From contig NC_092394.1 of the NCBI RefSeq assembly GCF_030028105.1, positions 39,786,752-39,850,751 on the forward strand: a stretch of DNA of 64,000 nt. Reading direction: 5' to 3'. Both the position numbers and the translations under genes were made by a program. Numbering within the stretch: position 1 is the stretch's first letter; each line of letters begins with the position of its first letter. This DNA is from Mobula birostris. Its lineage: Eukaryota. Shown piece after piece: positions 39,601-52,874 of the stretch. The notes below the pieces were generated by a model. That model searched no databases, was not told where the DNA came from, and saw nothing but the letters and a program-made list of their open reading frames with translations.

Positions 39601-40498
39601 GGCTACATGAAAGTGAGTCACCTGTTGAATCAGCTTCTGTGTGGTTACCTTCCCTTGGGGAAGAAAGGGAGGGGGAAATAAGGATGGGGGTGGAGAGTAT
39701 CTTAGCCCATCGAGCCCTTTGGACCGAGGTGGGATGCAAAACAGGCCATTCAGTTGCTGAAGGAGCTGCTGACCTCAGCACCGGTGTTGACTTCTGCGGA
39801 CCCCTGATTACCGTATGTACTGCACATGGATGCCAGCTGAGAGGGTTTAGGGGGTGTCCTGTATCAAGATCAGGGCTCCGGGTTGAGGCCCGTTGCGTTT
39901 GTCAGCTGGAGTCTGTCGCCCTCAGAGGAAAAACTATCCTATGCACAAGTTGGAATTTCTGGTGTTGAAATGTGTGGTGGTGGATAAGTTGAGTGACTCC
40001 CTCTATGGGGCCAAGTTTGAGGTGAGGATGGACAACAACCCTCTAACTTATATCCTGACCTCGGCGAAACTGGCTGCCACAGGCCATTGGTGGTTGGCAG
40101 CGTTGTCTGCCTATGATTTCAGCCTGAAGTACCGGCTGGGAAGCAGGAACATTGATGCTGATGCTTTGTCCCAATGGGCGCATGAAGGACTGGACAGGAC
40201 TGAGGAGTGGGAGAGCGTTCCTGCCCTGGGGTGAAGGGCATGTGTTAGTTTGCCATCACTGTGAAGCCAGAGGGAAAGGAGGGGCAGGATCAAGTGGTGG
40301 ATCAATTGGGAGCTTCTGATGACGCCATTCCCCAAGTTTACTGTAACCTGACTGCTCTGGAGACAAATTAGCTGCCAGAATTGAGTTATGGGGAAGTGGC
40401 AGCTGCTCAGCGAGATGACCCGGGCATCGGTACTATCTGGTCAGTGGCGAATTATCTCAACGTCATGAGGACATGGCTACATTTGGTGGGGGGAAGAG

Positions 40499-41085
40499 TG
40501 TAATGCGCTGTAAGATTTCACTGCTAATGTAATGGCCTCTCTGTAATGTTTCACTGCTAATGTAACAGTTTATCTGTAGCAACAATGTTTGGGTTATGAC
40601 TAGAGATAATGGGGGCTTTGGAATGTGTGCCATCCAATGAGAGGCGTGTTGTTTCTTTCTTGTGGGGCTGAGAGAAGGGATTCGCAGGCTTTTGTTCTGC
40701 GGAAGATGGAGAGAGAAGATGCCAGAACAGGGAAGTCATAGACTACAGGACGGAGTGGACTTGGAATGGGGCCGGGAGTCAACGCCCAGGGAGAAAATCA
40801 AGGGAGAACAGACCGACGGGAAAACTGTGAGCTCCAATGTTACGAAATAGACTGTTTCATGAGAATGGACTCTTTTTTTGTTTCTTTCCTAACCCTATAG
40901 TCAAATTAAGATTTATAAAGCTCATTCGTTTTAATTACATATTGTGTACTGTTTGTTATTTCGTGGTACTGATTTGTAATGGGAACACCTCATGCAACAT
41001 CCACCCAAACAATATTTCTTAAGTTTGGTTGGGCCGGAGGCTGTCTTTCCCTAGAGTAAGCTGTTAACCAAACCTGAGGGCTACA
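40499..41085 (+). repeat. 3' LTR of the Gypsy element
   Basis: Direct repeat of 36072-36649, preceded by the polypurine tract. Confidence 0.9.
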
Positions 41086-41794
41086 CATGTATTTTGCTGC
41101 ATCATTTTACCCTGATTGTTCCTGATAATTGTTTTTGTCAGTTTTACTGGTTCTTTCATCATATTTGGAACATGACAGTCCTTTTGTATGAATCTGATAT
41201 ATATGTAGAACCAGTTCCACAAGATGTTACTATTGTTGAGGCTCTGGTAGGATACTTTGAAATGGGAGTCTTCAATATGTCTTATGGCCTGATAATGGCA
41301 TCTGTCACTTTCTTAGTTGCCTTCTTACTCCTGACTGATGAGATGATACATTAAGGGTAATATTTCTGCTCTTTCAAATATGGGTGACGTGGTAAGCATA
41401 GGTAAATGTTTTATTTGAAAGGTAACTCATTTGGTGTTGCAACAATCAGTATGCATTGAAACATATGACTGCTAGATTATAGATCATGCTAAAGATGTAC
41501 GTGGAATATTTTAGAATCCAGACAGTGACAACTATTAGTTACTGTTTAAGCTTCCTTAAGTAATTATAATATCAGTATCAAATGACTGGAATTTTGTTTT
41601 ACCTTTTATTTTTTGATATAGTCATTTGATGCTTTTTTTTAAATGTAGCAGATTTGGTAGTTTTGTATTGGAAGTTTCTATTGGGAATTTTGATATGTTG
41701 ACATTATTTTGTATGGTTTCTTGGGTTGGCTTTCTACAGCTGCTGGATGCTATTTGGAACTTCTTGCCGATTGGAACCTTGTTTAAACTTTTAG

Positions 41795-41956
<162 letters not shown>

Positions 41957-42842
41957 TAAATTTTGATTGTTGCAAAAATTGAAATATAAAGACCTCATGA
42001 TAAGGAGTTTCTTGATTAATTTCCTGTTGGATTAGATCAAAATTACTATCCACACTTGTATAATGTGCTATGGTGTGTATTTTCAGTAAAATAAGCACAA
42101 AACATGGTATAGATGAGAGTTTCTCTGATGCTGTCCATCTCCAACTTTGCCTTAGTTTTTTTCCTCATGCTGTTGAGTTTAATAACTCCTCAAAGTTAGT
42201 TATTAAAGAAGCATTTGCTCTACAGTTACCACCATCTTTGATTCCTATTTTTTTCCTTTTTCTTTTCTGAAGGACATACGAGCTCCTCGAATGACTCAGT
42301 TGGTAAGTTGGTGTGGATCCAATGCCTGTAAATTTATGACTCTGTGAACTATTTTGACTGATGTTAGCTGAGATTACTTCAGTTATACTGCAACTGGTTT
42401 CCTTGTGGGTGTGAATAGTAATATTTTTTTGTAAAGCTTCATTATGATTGCTGCCCAGTAACTGTTCTTGATGTATAAATTTGTAGGAGTAGAATCTCAC
42501 TAGTTTGAGTGGCTCCTTCCTCATTCTTGGCACAAGAATGTTGCTGTTATAAAGTATAACCCTAAGTCTAAATTCCATTACACCAGTCTGTCCTGTCCTC
42601 TTGAAATGTAATCTATTTCCTTCACTGTGAATACAATTTTTTTTTGCCATTAGTAGGTTTTGAAATGCTGATTTTAACATGTATCAGAAATACATCAACT
42701 ACTGGGGTCCCTACAGTTTGGGAAACACCAATTCACAATGACTGTTTTCTTTCTCTGTTCACTGCTTTTGTATGTAAACTTTAGCCTTGGCAACAAGCCT
42801 ATTATGTGGCACTTTAAAGAGGTGTTTTTTAACGTCCATATA

Positions 42843-43368
42843 CACTCACTGGCCATTTTATTAGGTATAGCTGTACATCTCATTAATGCAAATATCTAAT
42901 CAGCTAATCATGTGACAGCAACTCAGTGCATAAAAGCATACAGACATGGTCAAATGGTTCAGGTGTTATAAAAACCAAGCATCAGTATGGGGAAAAATGT
43001 GATCTAAGTAACTTTGATTGTCAAATTATTGTTGGTGCTAGGTAGAGTGGTTGGAGTATTTTAGAAACCCTTGATCTCCTGGGATTTTCACACACAAAAG
43101 CCTCCGGAGATAACTGAGAATGGAGCGTAAAATGAAAACAAAATCTAGTGAGTAGTAGTCCTATGGGCAAAAATGCATTGTTAATGAGAGAGGTCAGAAG
43201 AGAATGGCCAGATTGGTTCAAGCTGACGGGAAGATGACAGTTACAACGGAGGTGTGCAGAAGAGCATCTCCGAACATAGAACACGTCGAACCCTGAAGTA
43301 GAAGGACTACAGCAGCAGAAGATCATACTGGGTTCCACTCCTGTACCCAATAAAGTGGCCTCTGAGTG
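42843..43368 (+). mobile_element. Internally deleted Tc1/mariner element (MITE-like, 526 bp)
   Basis: TIRs CACTCACTGGCCATTTTATTAGGTA / TACCCAATAAAGTGGCCTCTGAGTG, TA on both sides, remnant transposase N-terminus (DLSNFDCQIIVGAR...LLGFS). Confidence 0.88.
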
Positions 43369-44971
43369 TAGATAGACCGTCACCTTATCAAAGTTGAACT
43401 TTGTTTTAATAAATCCATGTCATCTTCCATTAAAACATACTTATCAAGTGCCTATTAATTTTCTTTCCCAGATTATCAGTTTTGAAAGCTTTCCCACCAC
43501 AAATTAACCTGAAGAATTGGTTATTTTCAAATTTCCATTATTCTGGAATCATCTTGCATCTAAGGATATGTGGAAATTCTAGCAGTTTTCACTTGTTCCT
43601 TTCAGCAACCAAGAATGAACTTGATGATTTAACTGCGAACATAAATAGCATTTCCAAACTTTCACCTTGTTCTCCTCCACTAAACCACCTCTGCAGCATT
43701 TAAAATATGTTTCGATTCTAATTTTTTAATGGTTTGGAGGAAAGACCATTGAATTGCAACATTAACTTTTTGCAGATGTTGCCTGACTTCCCAAATATTT
43801 TTCAGCATTTATGGTTTTTCAGCCCTTGTTGTAAATCTTTATCAATTGTTAGGCTATGCAGCTATGACCTCTTTTACTGTGGTCAGGGTACTATCTTCTT
43901 TCTTGCAAAGACATATGCATGGTACTTAGTATCTCAGTCTTGTCCTCTGCCTCCATTTTGATCCTTAATATTGCCCACCCTTTCAGTTTATTCATTACTT
44001 GCACGCTGATGGAAGACAATTACATTCTTTTTATGTTGGCTGCATTCAACCTAAACTCGATCTGTCTCTTTTCCTCTCTTGTGTTTTCGATACTTAGCAT
44101 GATTCTCATTTGTATTGTCAACCCGACATTTATCCCCTGCCCTGATTTTCTGCTTCATCTTACTTCAATCACTTTCATCATCGAAGGATCACTGATTTTA
44201 GTTTCTAAGGGAGAAGTAACTTCAGACTGTATCCAAACCACTTCTGCTTTAATTACAGTTCAATTACTATTTTGCTTGCAATGTTTTAACTCCATTTGAT
44301 CTGGAGTTCTATTTTATCATTCTCAACTCCATTGTCATTTTCTGAACATTATCTTCTGGGATTCAGTCCAAAATGTACACCCACTGACCATTGTTCTACT
44401 TGACCATTTTCATTTTGTGAATCAGGTCCACCAGGAGCTGAAAGGAGCATACTGATTAGAACAAAAATCTTTTGGAAAACATTTAAGAAAGTTCTCATTT
44501 TCTGTTACTTGGTTTTGTTGACATTGAGGCAGTTGACATCTCTGATAGCCAAACTCATTAGTTTTTACCTTGCAAATTCTTTAAGTTTTTCTCATCCATG
44601 TGCTTCCCCTTTTAAATTCAAGTTGTGATTGAGAAAGTTATCTATGAAATCCATATCCTAAACTTAAATAAAGGCAGTTATGGTGGTGGGAGAAAGAAAT
44701 AGATTAAAGGGCATGGCAGGGTATAAGCAGAGATGCACTCCACCAGAGCCACACTTCAAGGTTGAAGAATAGTTACTTCTCTTTAACCATTCAGTTCTTG
44801 AATTAACCTGCACAATCTGAATCATCACCTCAGTATTGCACCATCTAAGGCAGTTTTTAGGAACCAACAAAGAATGATGTTTAAAGAAAGTACAAAGTGG
44901 AAGAAGATTGTTTATCCTCATACATGAGCAAATAATATAAATATGGGCAGCAGTGACTATATAGAAATACA

Positions 44972-45282
44972 CTGGGGGAGTCCAGAACCAGAGGCCACAG
45001 TTTAAGAATAAGGGGTAGGCAATTGAGAACGGAGTTAAGGAAAAACTTTTTCACACAGAGGGTTGTGGTTCTGTGGAATGCTCTGCCTCAGAAGGCAGTG
45101 GAGGTCAATTCTCTGGACTCTTTCAAAAAAGAGTTAGATAGAGCTCTTAAAGATAGCGGAGTGAAGGGATATGGGGAAAAGGCAGGAAAAGGGTACTGAC
45201 TGTGGATGATCAGCCATGATCACAGTGAATGGTGGTGCTGGCTCGAAGGGCTGAATGGCCTACTGCACCTATTGTCTATTGA
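44972..45282 (+). mobile_element. CR1 3' end
   Basis: agaggccacagtttaagaata...gggttgtg...gaatggcctact tail. Confidence 0.8.
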
Positions 45283-45339
45283 GTTTGAATCCAAATATGT
45301 ACATACCTACAGATGAAGTAGTTCAAAAGGTGTTGATTT

Positions 45340-45850
45340 AATGGTTAGCATATAAGAGGGAGATTGAAACTCTGGTTGAGTGGTTCCACAACAACAACCT
45401 CTTACTCAGTGTCAGCAAGATCAAGGAGTTGATTATTGACTTCAGAAGGAGGAAACTGGAGGTCCATGAGGCAGACCTCATTGGGGGTCAGAGGTGGAGA
45501 GGGTCAGCAACTTTAAATTTCTCAGTGTTATCATTTCAGAGGGCCTGTCCTGGGTCCAGCACATAAGTGCAATTACGAAGAAGGCATGGCAGCACCTCTA
45601 GTTAGGAATTTGTGAAAATTCGGCATGACATCTACAAATTGGACAAACTTTTATAGATGTGTAGTGGGGAGTATATTGACTGGTGGCATCACAGTCTAGT
45701 ATGGGAACACCAATGCCCTTGAATGGAAAATCCCACAAAAAGTAGTGGACACAGCCCTTCCTCACAGGTAAAGCTCTCCCACCATTGAGCACATCTACAT
45801 GGAACGTTGTTGCAGGAAAGCAGCATCCATCATCAAGTACCCCCACCATC
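45340..45850 (+). mobile_element. Rex1/Babar LINE fragment
   Basis: Similar to 8500-9000 (LSVSKIKELIIDFRR, VERVSNFKFL). Confidence 0.8.
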
Positions 45851-46907
45851 CATCCTTTCTTGTTCCACATCCTAATTCTTTATACCTTGCTAGATTAAAC
45901 CTGCCAAGAGTACCAACAAGCTCCATGTGAGGATATTAGAAGACTGTTCAAGTGCAAACTCTCATATCATGTCCCTGAGATATGTCTTCCAATCTCCAAG
46001 CATGTATTTGTGTACACTATTCCGATAGTTTTGGGTGTGATACTCCTGGTAATCCAAAGATTGCTATCTTTTAGGGTTCTAGGTAATGTTTTTCACAGCA
46101 TTCAAAGATCTTTTCTTACGACTTGTGTATTTTGTATCACACAAAATCTGAATGCTCAGAATGTTCTGCAGTTGCTTAATGATGTCTCCCTGACATGGGT
46201 ATTATTAGTAAGGCTAAACTGTTGCAGTGACAAAAAAAGCCTGTCTATTCCTAATGAGTCCCCAATAATTTGTTCCTTATTTTTTGCCCTGTACAGTTAA
46301 GATGCTCTTCTCCTCAGATGTTCTTGAATATCAATTATAGGAAATTACAAGTAGTGGTCCACTGCAGTATTAGGCTGGTCTTTCTCTTCTGTCAGTAGAT
46401 CATCTATTCCATCTGTGTATAGCCACTTAATTGTGTGACTTGCTTGCAGTTTTTTTTTTAATTGAGAAGGAACTACAGAATTTATTTCAACTGTTCCTTA
46501 TTTAAAGCAAGTCCAGCAAACAACTTTTTGCGCAAATTGTTTTGTCTTTATTACATTTTATCTGAGTGGACTTAGAGTTGATAGCCCAAAGTGGAGTCAA
46601 TTAATACACATTAGCAAACATACTTCGGATATGATGATACTTGTGCTCCAGATCAAAGTCAGAGACGTGGAATTGTGGATGATGAATGGATTAAAACAAT
46701 TCAATTATTTTAGTCAGGAGTTTTTTTCTTTATTAACCTTAAAGGCACATTATTTTCACTGAGTGCAATTTAAAAAAAGTCCAACAATCATTTCTCACTA
46801 ACTTTCTGGTGAAATGACTTTGATGACTTGAATGTGAAAAAGATGAGAGGAATGATAAAGTTCTTTGCAGTACTATTCTTCTTTGCACATTCTTTTGTTT
46901 TATTTAG

Positions 46908-47022
46908 GAGAAGTCAAAATCGAAGAGCAGTCTTGAATCAAAAGGTGCAAAGGGGGATAAAGCTTTCCCATTGCTGCCTGTGTCTGACAACAGTTCTTCT
47001 CCTGTTCTCCTGGAGCTAAATG
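46908..47022 (+). CDS. BCL7B: BCL7B exon 3, EKSKSKSSLESKGAKGDKAFPLLPVSDNSSSPVLLELN
   Basis: Long pyrimidine tract plus tag|, G|gtgagt donor; phases fit exons 2 and 4; resembles EKSKS...SLLLEF of BCL7B. Confidence 0.9.
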
Positions 47023-48429
47023 GTGAGTGTATGCTCAAACTCCTTTGATGTGATGCTCTGAGTATCATCTGAAGGTAATCTGTTTTATTTGCCTTTACTT
47101 GGGATATTGATAATACTTGAAAGTTTAGATTTAGTATTCGTTGCAGATTTTTTATATATATAGTAATTCGTGCAGAATTATTTCTGGGGGCTTTGAGAAT
47201 GAGTGTGGGGCTAGACTTGGGATTTGATTTTGAAGATACCATTACACCAGCTAAGGTAGTTCATGCAAGTTTTTCCTCCGATATTAGTTCGAAGTTTGAA
47301 TATAAGACGTATTTGTTTTTAAGTCTGTCACTTCAACTTTTATATAGTTAGTGCTGATTGGTGGAGAACTGTAAAACAAGTAGCCATGTGTTTGAGGAAT
47401 TTTTGTGCCCTTATCCCACATTCATAGTAACTACATTGTTACAGCCCTTCTGTAGGGCAGCACCAAGTTACACAGGAAGCCCTAAGTCAACACTCTACAA
47501 ATGATTGAACTTGAACATGATAGAAGAGCTTGGGAAGTGTATTATTTATGTAAATAGAAATGTAGGCTGTCTGACCTGTGAATCAACTGGTGCAATGATC
47601 TTTATTATTCACTTATAATTAAATTGCAATATTTTGAAACTCAGTAAATCAACTCAGTGATGTTGACCTTGGATTAAACCCAAAGGTATATTATTTTGCT
47701 CCTATTTAGATAGTGGAAATAAAGTGAAAGTGGACTGTTGTATTTGGCCACGTGGAGGGATAAAATTGATGTTTTGTCATCTACAGTTGACCAGAGTCAT
47801 TTGTGCTATTCTTATTTCCATTATCTATCCCTTCCCAACAACATTTGAGAAAAATGATTTCGAAAATCAAGGTTGTCTGTGTCACATCCTCTGAGCTGCC
47901 TACACGATGATCCATGTTTGTGAAAGCATCTCCAGAAATGAGTCCCTGTAGTGGGCTCGTCTCTTAGTCCAGTTGGATAAAAACAGAATCAGAATCCAGT
48001 TTAATATCACTGGTATATGTTGTGAAACTTGTTTTGGAGCAGCAATAGAGTGCAATACATAATAACAAACTGTAAATTACAATAAGAAATACATATAAGA
48101 ATAACATTAAGTCATGCAAAAAGGAAGCAAAAAAAGTAGTGTAGTGTACATGGGTTCCTCGTTGTAGGAACAAACTGAAAGATCACATGGTGTTGGTGTT
48201 TGAAATAATGGGCGATTTTATTTAAAAACTGGTCCGCTCCAAGAGGCGAGTCAAAGCTGATCTTCCTGAACGTGAATTTGGTCGGGCTTGTACATTCTCA
48301 GTTGATGAGATTACCAGTAAAACCACACTTTGATAACAGAAAGTCTGATGCAGGAAGACTTAATTAGGTAACGTACTAGGTCCTGATTACAGAGTAAAAT
48401 GATTGTCTGCAGGTCCAATTTTCTATTAA

Positions 48430-49392
48430 GGTTCAAAGTGCATTTATTAAAGTAAGTATACAACCTTGAGATTAGTCTTTTCTTGCAAGCAGCCACAAAA
48501 CAAAGAAACACAATTGAACCCATTCAAAGAAAAACCCCACACAAGACCATCAAATGCCAAATATGCAAAAAAAACCGAATTGTGCAAACAATAAAAAGTA
48601 AACCAATAACATTTTCCACAGAGTCCCAAGAGTGAGTCCTCAGCAATATGCCGAAGGCCACAGCTACAGAGTTAGTTCACGCTGAAATGCTGTGATCAAA
48701 TTGCTCAAATAGTAAAACAGAAGTAAACAAAAAACACCAGGAGCATGAACTGCAGAGTCCCCAGAAGAGAATCTACAGCAGTGGAGTGCCTTCAGTGCTG
48801 AGATGAGCCTGTCCAGGAGCCCGATGGCTACTGGGCAACAACCACTCCCGAACAATATGTTGGCTCCTCTGGTTCTACAGGTGATATGTTGGTGGTGGTT
48901 GTTCAAACTTCTTCAAGCTGGCCTGGAAAACTCCCCACAGTGATAGGGACGGCATCAGGGAGCACTGTTTTGTGACTGCTAACATGGTGCTCAACTCCTC
49001 CAGTGCCTGCCTGATGTTGGCCAGAGGCGGAATGTACACAGCTATCAGGATGATGCTGGAGAACTCCCTTACAGATAAAATGGACGACATTTGACCACTA
49101 TCTGTTCCAGGTCGGGTGAGCAGGATTGAGACAGAATCACCATGTCTGTGCACCATGATGAGCGAATCATGAATCATGAAGTATACTCCGCCTCCTCTAT
49201 CTTTGATAGACTCAACTGTCCTGTCTTTGCAGTTGATGATGAAGCCCTTGGGCTGCAGTGGTGCATCTGAAATAGCAGGCTTGAGCCATGTTTCCGTGAA
49301 GCAAAGTGCAGAGCAGTCCCTCTGGTATTGCAATCTTGCCCTGACACCTTCAGTTTTATTTTCCAGAAACTACATTTGCCAGCAAGATAGTC
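48430..49392 (-). mobile_element. Deleted Rex1/Babar-type LINE: APE endonuclease remnant joined to the 3' tail
   Basis: RDCSALCFTETWL, DRGGGV, AVYIPP motifs; tail aatctcaaggttgtatac...aataaatgcactttgaac. Confidence 0.8.
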
Positions 49393-50107
49393 AAGTGGGA
49401 GTTGGTGGTGGTTGGGGGGGGGGGTGGAATGTGGGGAGAGTGAGGCGTAGTCTAAAGCCTCTGTGTTCCAATCGTATCTGCATACAGTCTTGGCATTCAT
49501 GCTTCTGTTTTCTTAAAGGGAATTGTACAAGCGACTTGAGTCTGCTGACTGGGATCCACCCATTTTGAGGATTGACTGAATTTTTTTTTAAACTTCTTAA
49601 AACAATGGGTACCGAAGTACCCACGACTGTGATTGTGAATTTCTCCTGTAGTAGTCCGAAATGGGAATATTATATTCCCATTGGAACTGCACTCAAAGAG
49701 TCACCATTTATCGGCATCATCTTGAAAAAGATCAACAAGATTCAACCTAACAGAGCAATCCAACGGGTCCCAAGTTTAATTCCCAATGTACCTTCAATAC
49801 CTAATCTGAAATTTCAGCTTCTGGACTATGGAAGGAGAAATAGTTCGGCTTAAAGAGAATAGTTTATACCTTATAAATTAAATTGCAGGCACATGCCATT
49901 TAAGTTTGTATGCTAAGTAGTCATTGCCATCAGTAGAGCACATTGGACTCGTATACAACAGATGTTAATGCTTCCATGGAGCAGGGAGAGAAGCTGGGGA
50001 AGGATAAAAATATTTGTTGATGATGCTAATAGGGAAATGTATTTTTGGGTTGTTTTGCTGCCTCTGATCATTTTTACTTGATTTTATGTCTTTTCCTACT
50101 TTTTCAG

Positions 50108-50278
50108 ATGAGACGAGTAATCAGAGTTCTCTGTCAGATGCTTACCCGGTAAAAGTGGACAGCAGTACAAACTCGAGCCCCAGCCCAGAGCAAAGTGAGC
50201 CTGTCAGCCCAACTCTTCTTTCTGACTTCAAAGCAGACGACTCTCAGCCTCCCATGCTTGGGCAGGAAATCATGGAAG
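50108..50278 (+). CDS. BCL7B: BCL7B exon 4, (D)ETSNQSSLSDAYPVKVDSSTNSSPSPEQSEPVSPTLLSDFKADDSQPPMLGQEIME
   Basis: BCL7B-specific KVDSSTNSSPSP and DDSQPP.LGQE; ttttcag| acceptor and G|gtatga donor; 171 nt. Confidence 0.96.
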
Positions 50279-50619
50279 GTATGAAGAGCTTTAAGAATTG
50301 TTCTTGTCTGATAAGTCTGAAAGGAGGCTATGACAGTTGCCTGATTAAAAATTGTATGATGCATTTTGATGTTAGACTTTATACAACCACATTATTGATC
50401 ATGCCATGGTGTCAAAAAGCTAGGTAGATATGTACAAGAAAGGGGCTCCATGAAGGTTTAAAAGTGCCATGCCAGAAACAAATGTGTAGGTCACTTAATA
50501 CTATGGTGACCATTTAATCCTGTACCCATGTGGCACAAATGAGTTTTCTTTTATCTTACAAGCTGTTTGTAACAATGGTTGCCTAAAATGTGAAATCATG
50601 TGTAGTTCAGTCTTAATTC

Positions 50620-51310
50620 TAATTTGGAGGCCTTGCTTTAGTAGATAATATCTACTATCCTACCCTCATCTATCCTTTTGATTACCTCTTCAAAGAACTC
50701 TATAAGAATGGTCAAACATAATTTCCCATATGCAAAGCCATTCTGACTCCTCATAATAAGGCTCTGTCTATTTAAATGCTGGTAGGTCCTGTCTCTCAAA
50801 ATACCCTCCAGTAACTTCCCCACCATTGATGTCAGGCTAACGAACCTCAGTTTCCAAGCCTGTCATTGCTAAGGAATGGTAGCCACCTCAGTCTTTGGGA
50901 ACTTCACCAATTGTCAAGGATGTAGCAAGTATCTCTGTAAGGTCCTCTGCAGTTTCTTTTCAAGCCTTCCAAGATGTAATCCTTCTGGCCCTGGGGTATT
51001 CATCCACCTTAATGTGCTGCATGTCAGTAAATACCTCCTCCTTGGTAAAATAAATATTCTCCAGAACATCTCTGCTTGTTCCCTTATCTCTTGCACAGCT
51101 GTAATTTTCTCCTCCGAAAACATTGAGAGAAATATTCATTAAGTATCCATGCATCTCCTGCAGCCTGAGACATAAGTGTCCTTGCTGTTCTCCATGGGGA
51201 CCTATTCTCTCCCTAGGTCTCTATTTATTCTTGTATATCTATAGAATGTCTTGGGACTTTCCATAACCTTATATGCCAGATACGTCTCCTACTCTTTGTC
51301 CTCCTGATTT
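50620..51310 (-). mobile_element. Old CR1 ORF2 fragment
   Basis: MVGKLLEGILRDR...SQNGFAYGKLCLTILIEFFEEV. Confidence 0.8.
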
Positions 51311-52192
51311 CATGTGATCCTCTTCTGCAATGCAAGGTGTTACATAGTGCCATACAAACTAGAGCCTTGTCATTTTAGCTTCATATTACGTTGTCTGTTA
51401 TCTTACAGTTCGCCTGAGAAACACTTGTGCACTGGTGTAGTACCATTAATGGTGGGTAGTTTGCTCTTCCTCACATTTGAACAATGTCTGGAGCTAAGAG
51501 TCCATGTTGTGATTTCTTGGGAGAGGTGCTGGGCATATTTGGTGTATGGAACTATTCTGTATTTGGTGTTGATATTTTAGTAGAAGAGAGTAATAATTGT
51601 TGTCAGATTTTCCATATAGGTAATTGTTGTAGAGCTTATTTTAACACTACAGCTCTTTCACAGTTTGCAGTTTTAATTTCCACTGGAAAATACTATCTTT
51701 CAATGGAGTACAATTTCTGTCAATGAAGCAGGTCTCCATGAGAGGAACATCTTAACAGTCACTCTGAATACGTGTTGTTTGTTCTGTTCCAATGAAGATC
51801 AGCTAATCTGGCATAGACTGTGTTTGGAGTTATTCCATGGTGAATTAATTACTGGTTAGCAATTAGTGATGAGAGCTTTGGCTGATTATCTCTTTCCTTC
51901 TTTCTATTTATTCCTTCAGTTGAAACTGGCAAATTCTGTCCAAGCAAAGATAATGGTAATTTTCAAGCTAAGCAAGGCTTCCATTTATTAAAATATTTAA
52001 ATTTTTAGTAGTTTTTAAATGTTTTGTGTAATGCTGTTTTGAAGGCCATTGGCAGTTTTAATTTCCAAGTTATGTTGATCAAGACTTGCACTGTTCCCGT
52101 GCTTCTATTAATGGCTCAACTATTTACTTCTGCTCTGCAGCAAGCAGACAGTGTGCTTAAAGCAGTTATAATTTCTTAATTCTCTCTCACAG

Positions 52193-52272
52193 AACCTTCC
52201 CTTCCTTCCTCAGAAGTAGGAGATGATCCCCCAATGCTCACAAAGGAAGAACTGGTTCCATTGCAGCCTCAG
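52193..52272 (+). CDS. BCL7B: BCL7B exon 5, (E)PSLPSSEVGDDPPMLTKEELVPLQPQ
   Basis: Matches EPSLPSSEV.D.PP.LTKEE; ctcacag| acceptor and |gtaagc donor; 80 nt. Confidence 0.96.
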
Positions 52273-52874
52273 GTAAGCCAGGAAGACACTGTGGACACAT
52301 TCAGGGAAGACTGAGCTTCTATGTTCAATTTTTAATTTAAAATAAAATACTTGTTTAAATTGAGTACCAGATTCCATTTTGAACCTTTGATTGAAAGTTG
52401 TCTGATAGGTTATTTGACTCAAGTTGGACACATTAAAGGCCAAGATACACAGAACTCTAGAGAAATACAGACTATTGAATGAAGGCAGGGCTTCAGTCTT
52501 TATGCTTGCTTATCCCTGTTTTAGTAAGCCCAATTGGATGGAACATAAGTGTTGACAGAATTTGTCAATGAAATTATATTTCCTATATAACTTGTTCTGA
52601 GAGTTTTGGCTAACATTAATACTTCCACTGATTAAAAGAAGCAGCAAATTTTAGGGTAATTTTAAAATGGTTAACTTCAAAGTTACTTCCTTGGGCATGG
52701 CTGGGTGATAAAGAGCCTCAGAGCAGAGATATGTTTGGCTTCATTCTTCACCTGGGATAGTTGGAGCTAATGTTGACCTCATCTTGGGCAGGCAGAGTTA
52801 ACTGGCTACAGCTTCTGCTGAAAAACAAACATTGACTTTCCGGTACGTACTGTGCCTAGAATAATTTTTTTTCC

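Larger units (their letters stand above)
36072..41085 (+). mobile_element. Gypsy/Ty3 LTR retrotransposon (PNMA-type gag, protease, RT, RNase H; integrase missing), degenerate
   Basis: LTRs 36072-36649 and 40499-41085 (TGTAA...TACA), TSD CCTG/CATG, degenerate tRNA-Pro PBS tgggggtatcgttctgggat after the 5' LTR, PPT ggtggggggaagag; AILDTGSQVT protease, YASPI..CVDYRTLN and YLDD RT, DAS and KLEFL..DNNPL RNase H. Confidence 0.93.
33209..41115 (-). mobile_element. Tc1/mariner relic in three pieces (33209-33444, 35691-36071, 41086-41115)
   Basis: TA plus terminal repeat (T/C)AGTGCCTATAAAAAGTATTCACCCC; minus strand encodes degenerate DD34E-region motifs KY.EILEENL, FQDNDPTH, SPDPNPIENL; rejoins across the CR1 and Gypsy inserts. 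Confidence 0.82.

Noticed and set aside
42165-42680. 171-aa minus ORF in BCL7B intron 2
   Set aside because: No motif, promoter or convincing splice structure; likely chance
46905-46910. TAGGAG tandem acceptor at BCL7B exon 3
   Set aside because: GAG acceptors are rarely used and there is no evidence of alternative use
50086-50427. 113-aa ORF
   Set aside because: BCL7B exon 4 plus flanking intron read-through
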